Assembly: GCF_039654945.1 (NCBI RefSeq)
Contig: NW_027361724.1
Location: 13,454,001 to 13,518,000 of the forward strand
Length of the DNA stretch: 64,000 nucleotides
Direction: 5' to 3'
Origin: Dendrobates tinctorius
Taxonomy: Eukaryota
Part shown: positions 62,990 through 64,000 of the stretch, piece by piece
Layout of the letters: each line of letters starts with the position of its first letter
How positions within the stretch are numbered: position 1 is the first letter of the stretch
The notes under the pieces: generated by a model
The model's input: only the letters and a program-made list of their open reading frames with translations
Told to the model about the DNA's origin: nothing
The model's database searches: none
Position numbers and translations under genes: made by a program

Positions 62990-64000
62990 AATTAAAATAA
63001 ATTATATTTTATTGAATTAAAAAACAAACATAAAATCAATAAGTCAAAGGGAAATACAAATGCAGAATATGCTGTCTGCACAAGAAAATATACCAAAGCC
63101 TAAAAAGGATATGTCATAAAGGCAAAATTTCAGGTCCTACTTGATTGCATAAATTAATCCAGATTCAGTTACTCAATAGAATTGTATCAAACAATAGCCA
63201 TTTGTTTAAGGCAGAAAAATACATACAAAACCAGTGTGAAAGGTGGTATATACAAAAGAAAAAAAAATTTCCTTTCTTACAAAGCCCGAAGGATCATATG
63301 TACTGCACTCACATGAAAACGTTCATATACTGAAGCTGGCAGTATGAAAACACAAGGGACACTCTAGCAGCAAAAAATACAAAGGTCTGATGTCCAAGCC
63401 CAATTAACAAGTGTATTTGCATAGGAGCTGCTCATAGTGATCGCATACTGTATAAATAAATGTAAAAAGAAGAAAGGGACTACATTGATATCCACAAAAT
63501 TGTTTACAGTTTATATGAAATGCGTATTAGCTAGGGCTAGTGCATAATAAGAGACCAAGTGGTCAAATTCACTAAGTGGTCAGGGAAACCATGACGACGC
63601 CTATACAAAGCAGTACATTAAACAGATACATATGTGCAAAATGCAAGGGGTAAAGTGTCTCGAGTGCAGTTGGCAGAATGATGTATATTACCGTGCAGCG
63701 CAGAACCCCTGACGTGCGTTTCGCGTCATGCTTCTTCCTGGGGGGGGGGGGTGGTAGCTGTGGGGATAGGTGGACATGTGGTAGCTTTTAATAATTAAGT
63801 TGTTATTCAATGATGGCAGCGTTTTGTTTTGGCACTCACGCTGACGGACCGAGTGTGATGTCACGAGCCGCTAGTCCACACCCCTGTCTGATGCGTGAAG
63901 ACGGGGGGGCGGAGCCAGTCGCAACACAGACGTGGCAACCCACAGCCGGAAGTCAGAGGGAGCGCTCACCGCAGGAGAAGGATTCAGCCATTATGACACA
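62990..64000 (-). mobile_element. Probable Penelope-like pLTR with a degenerate minimal hammerhead (63706-63745)
   Basis: Minus strand CCCC-AGGAAGA-A-GC-ATGAC-GC-GAAAC-GCAC-GTC-AGGGG, then a GTAAT donor-like site, a T-rich tract and AATAAA. Boundaries are approximate. Confidence 0.5.

Noticed and set aside
63840-63960. Promoter-like GC box, ETS and CRE-like motifs at the window end
   Set aside because: No associated exon is visible, and the motifs probably belong to the Penelope-like repeat.

Overview
Vertebrate genomic DNA; the repeat landscape suggests a frog, probably neobatrachian (inference). Three host genes are present. NCKAP1 coding exon 1 is on the minus strand (8536-8643; the rest of the gene lies left of the window). 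DUSP19 is complete, with 4 exons on the minus strand (21680-30976, 216 aa, intact HCNAGVSR motif). NUP35 is complete, with 9 exons on the plus strand (32315-58932, 315 or 317 aa). DUSP19 and NUP35 are head-to-head, with a strong CTCF motif between their promoters. The rest is mostly repeats: four large minisatellites, CR1 and L2 LINE fragments, a V-SINE, Tc1 relics, two solo LTRs, many Harbinger-, hAT-, Kolobok/T2- and piggyBac-type MITEs (one 3.6-kb element carries telomere-like repeats), Penelope-type hammerhead remnants, and a full-length DIRS retrotransposon. The most unusual feature is in NUP35 intron 4. There the DIRS landed inside a small non-coding insert made of 1.38 tandem copies of a 404-nt unit, flanked by a 9-11 bp target-site duplication. 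The minus-strand 5' end of that insert coincides with the first base of a 78-nt sequence that folds by eye like an HDV-type double-pseudoknot ribozyme. This is a candidate retrozyme-like mobile RNA using an HDV-like rather than a hammerhead ribozyme; the fold is non-canonical and untested.
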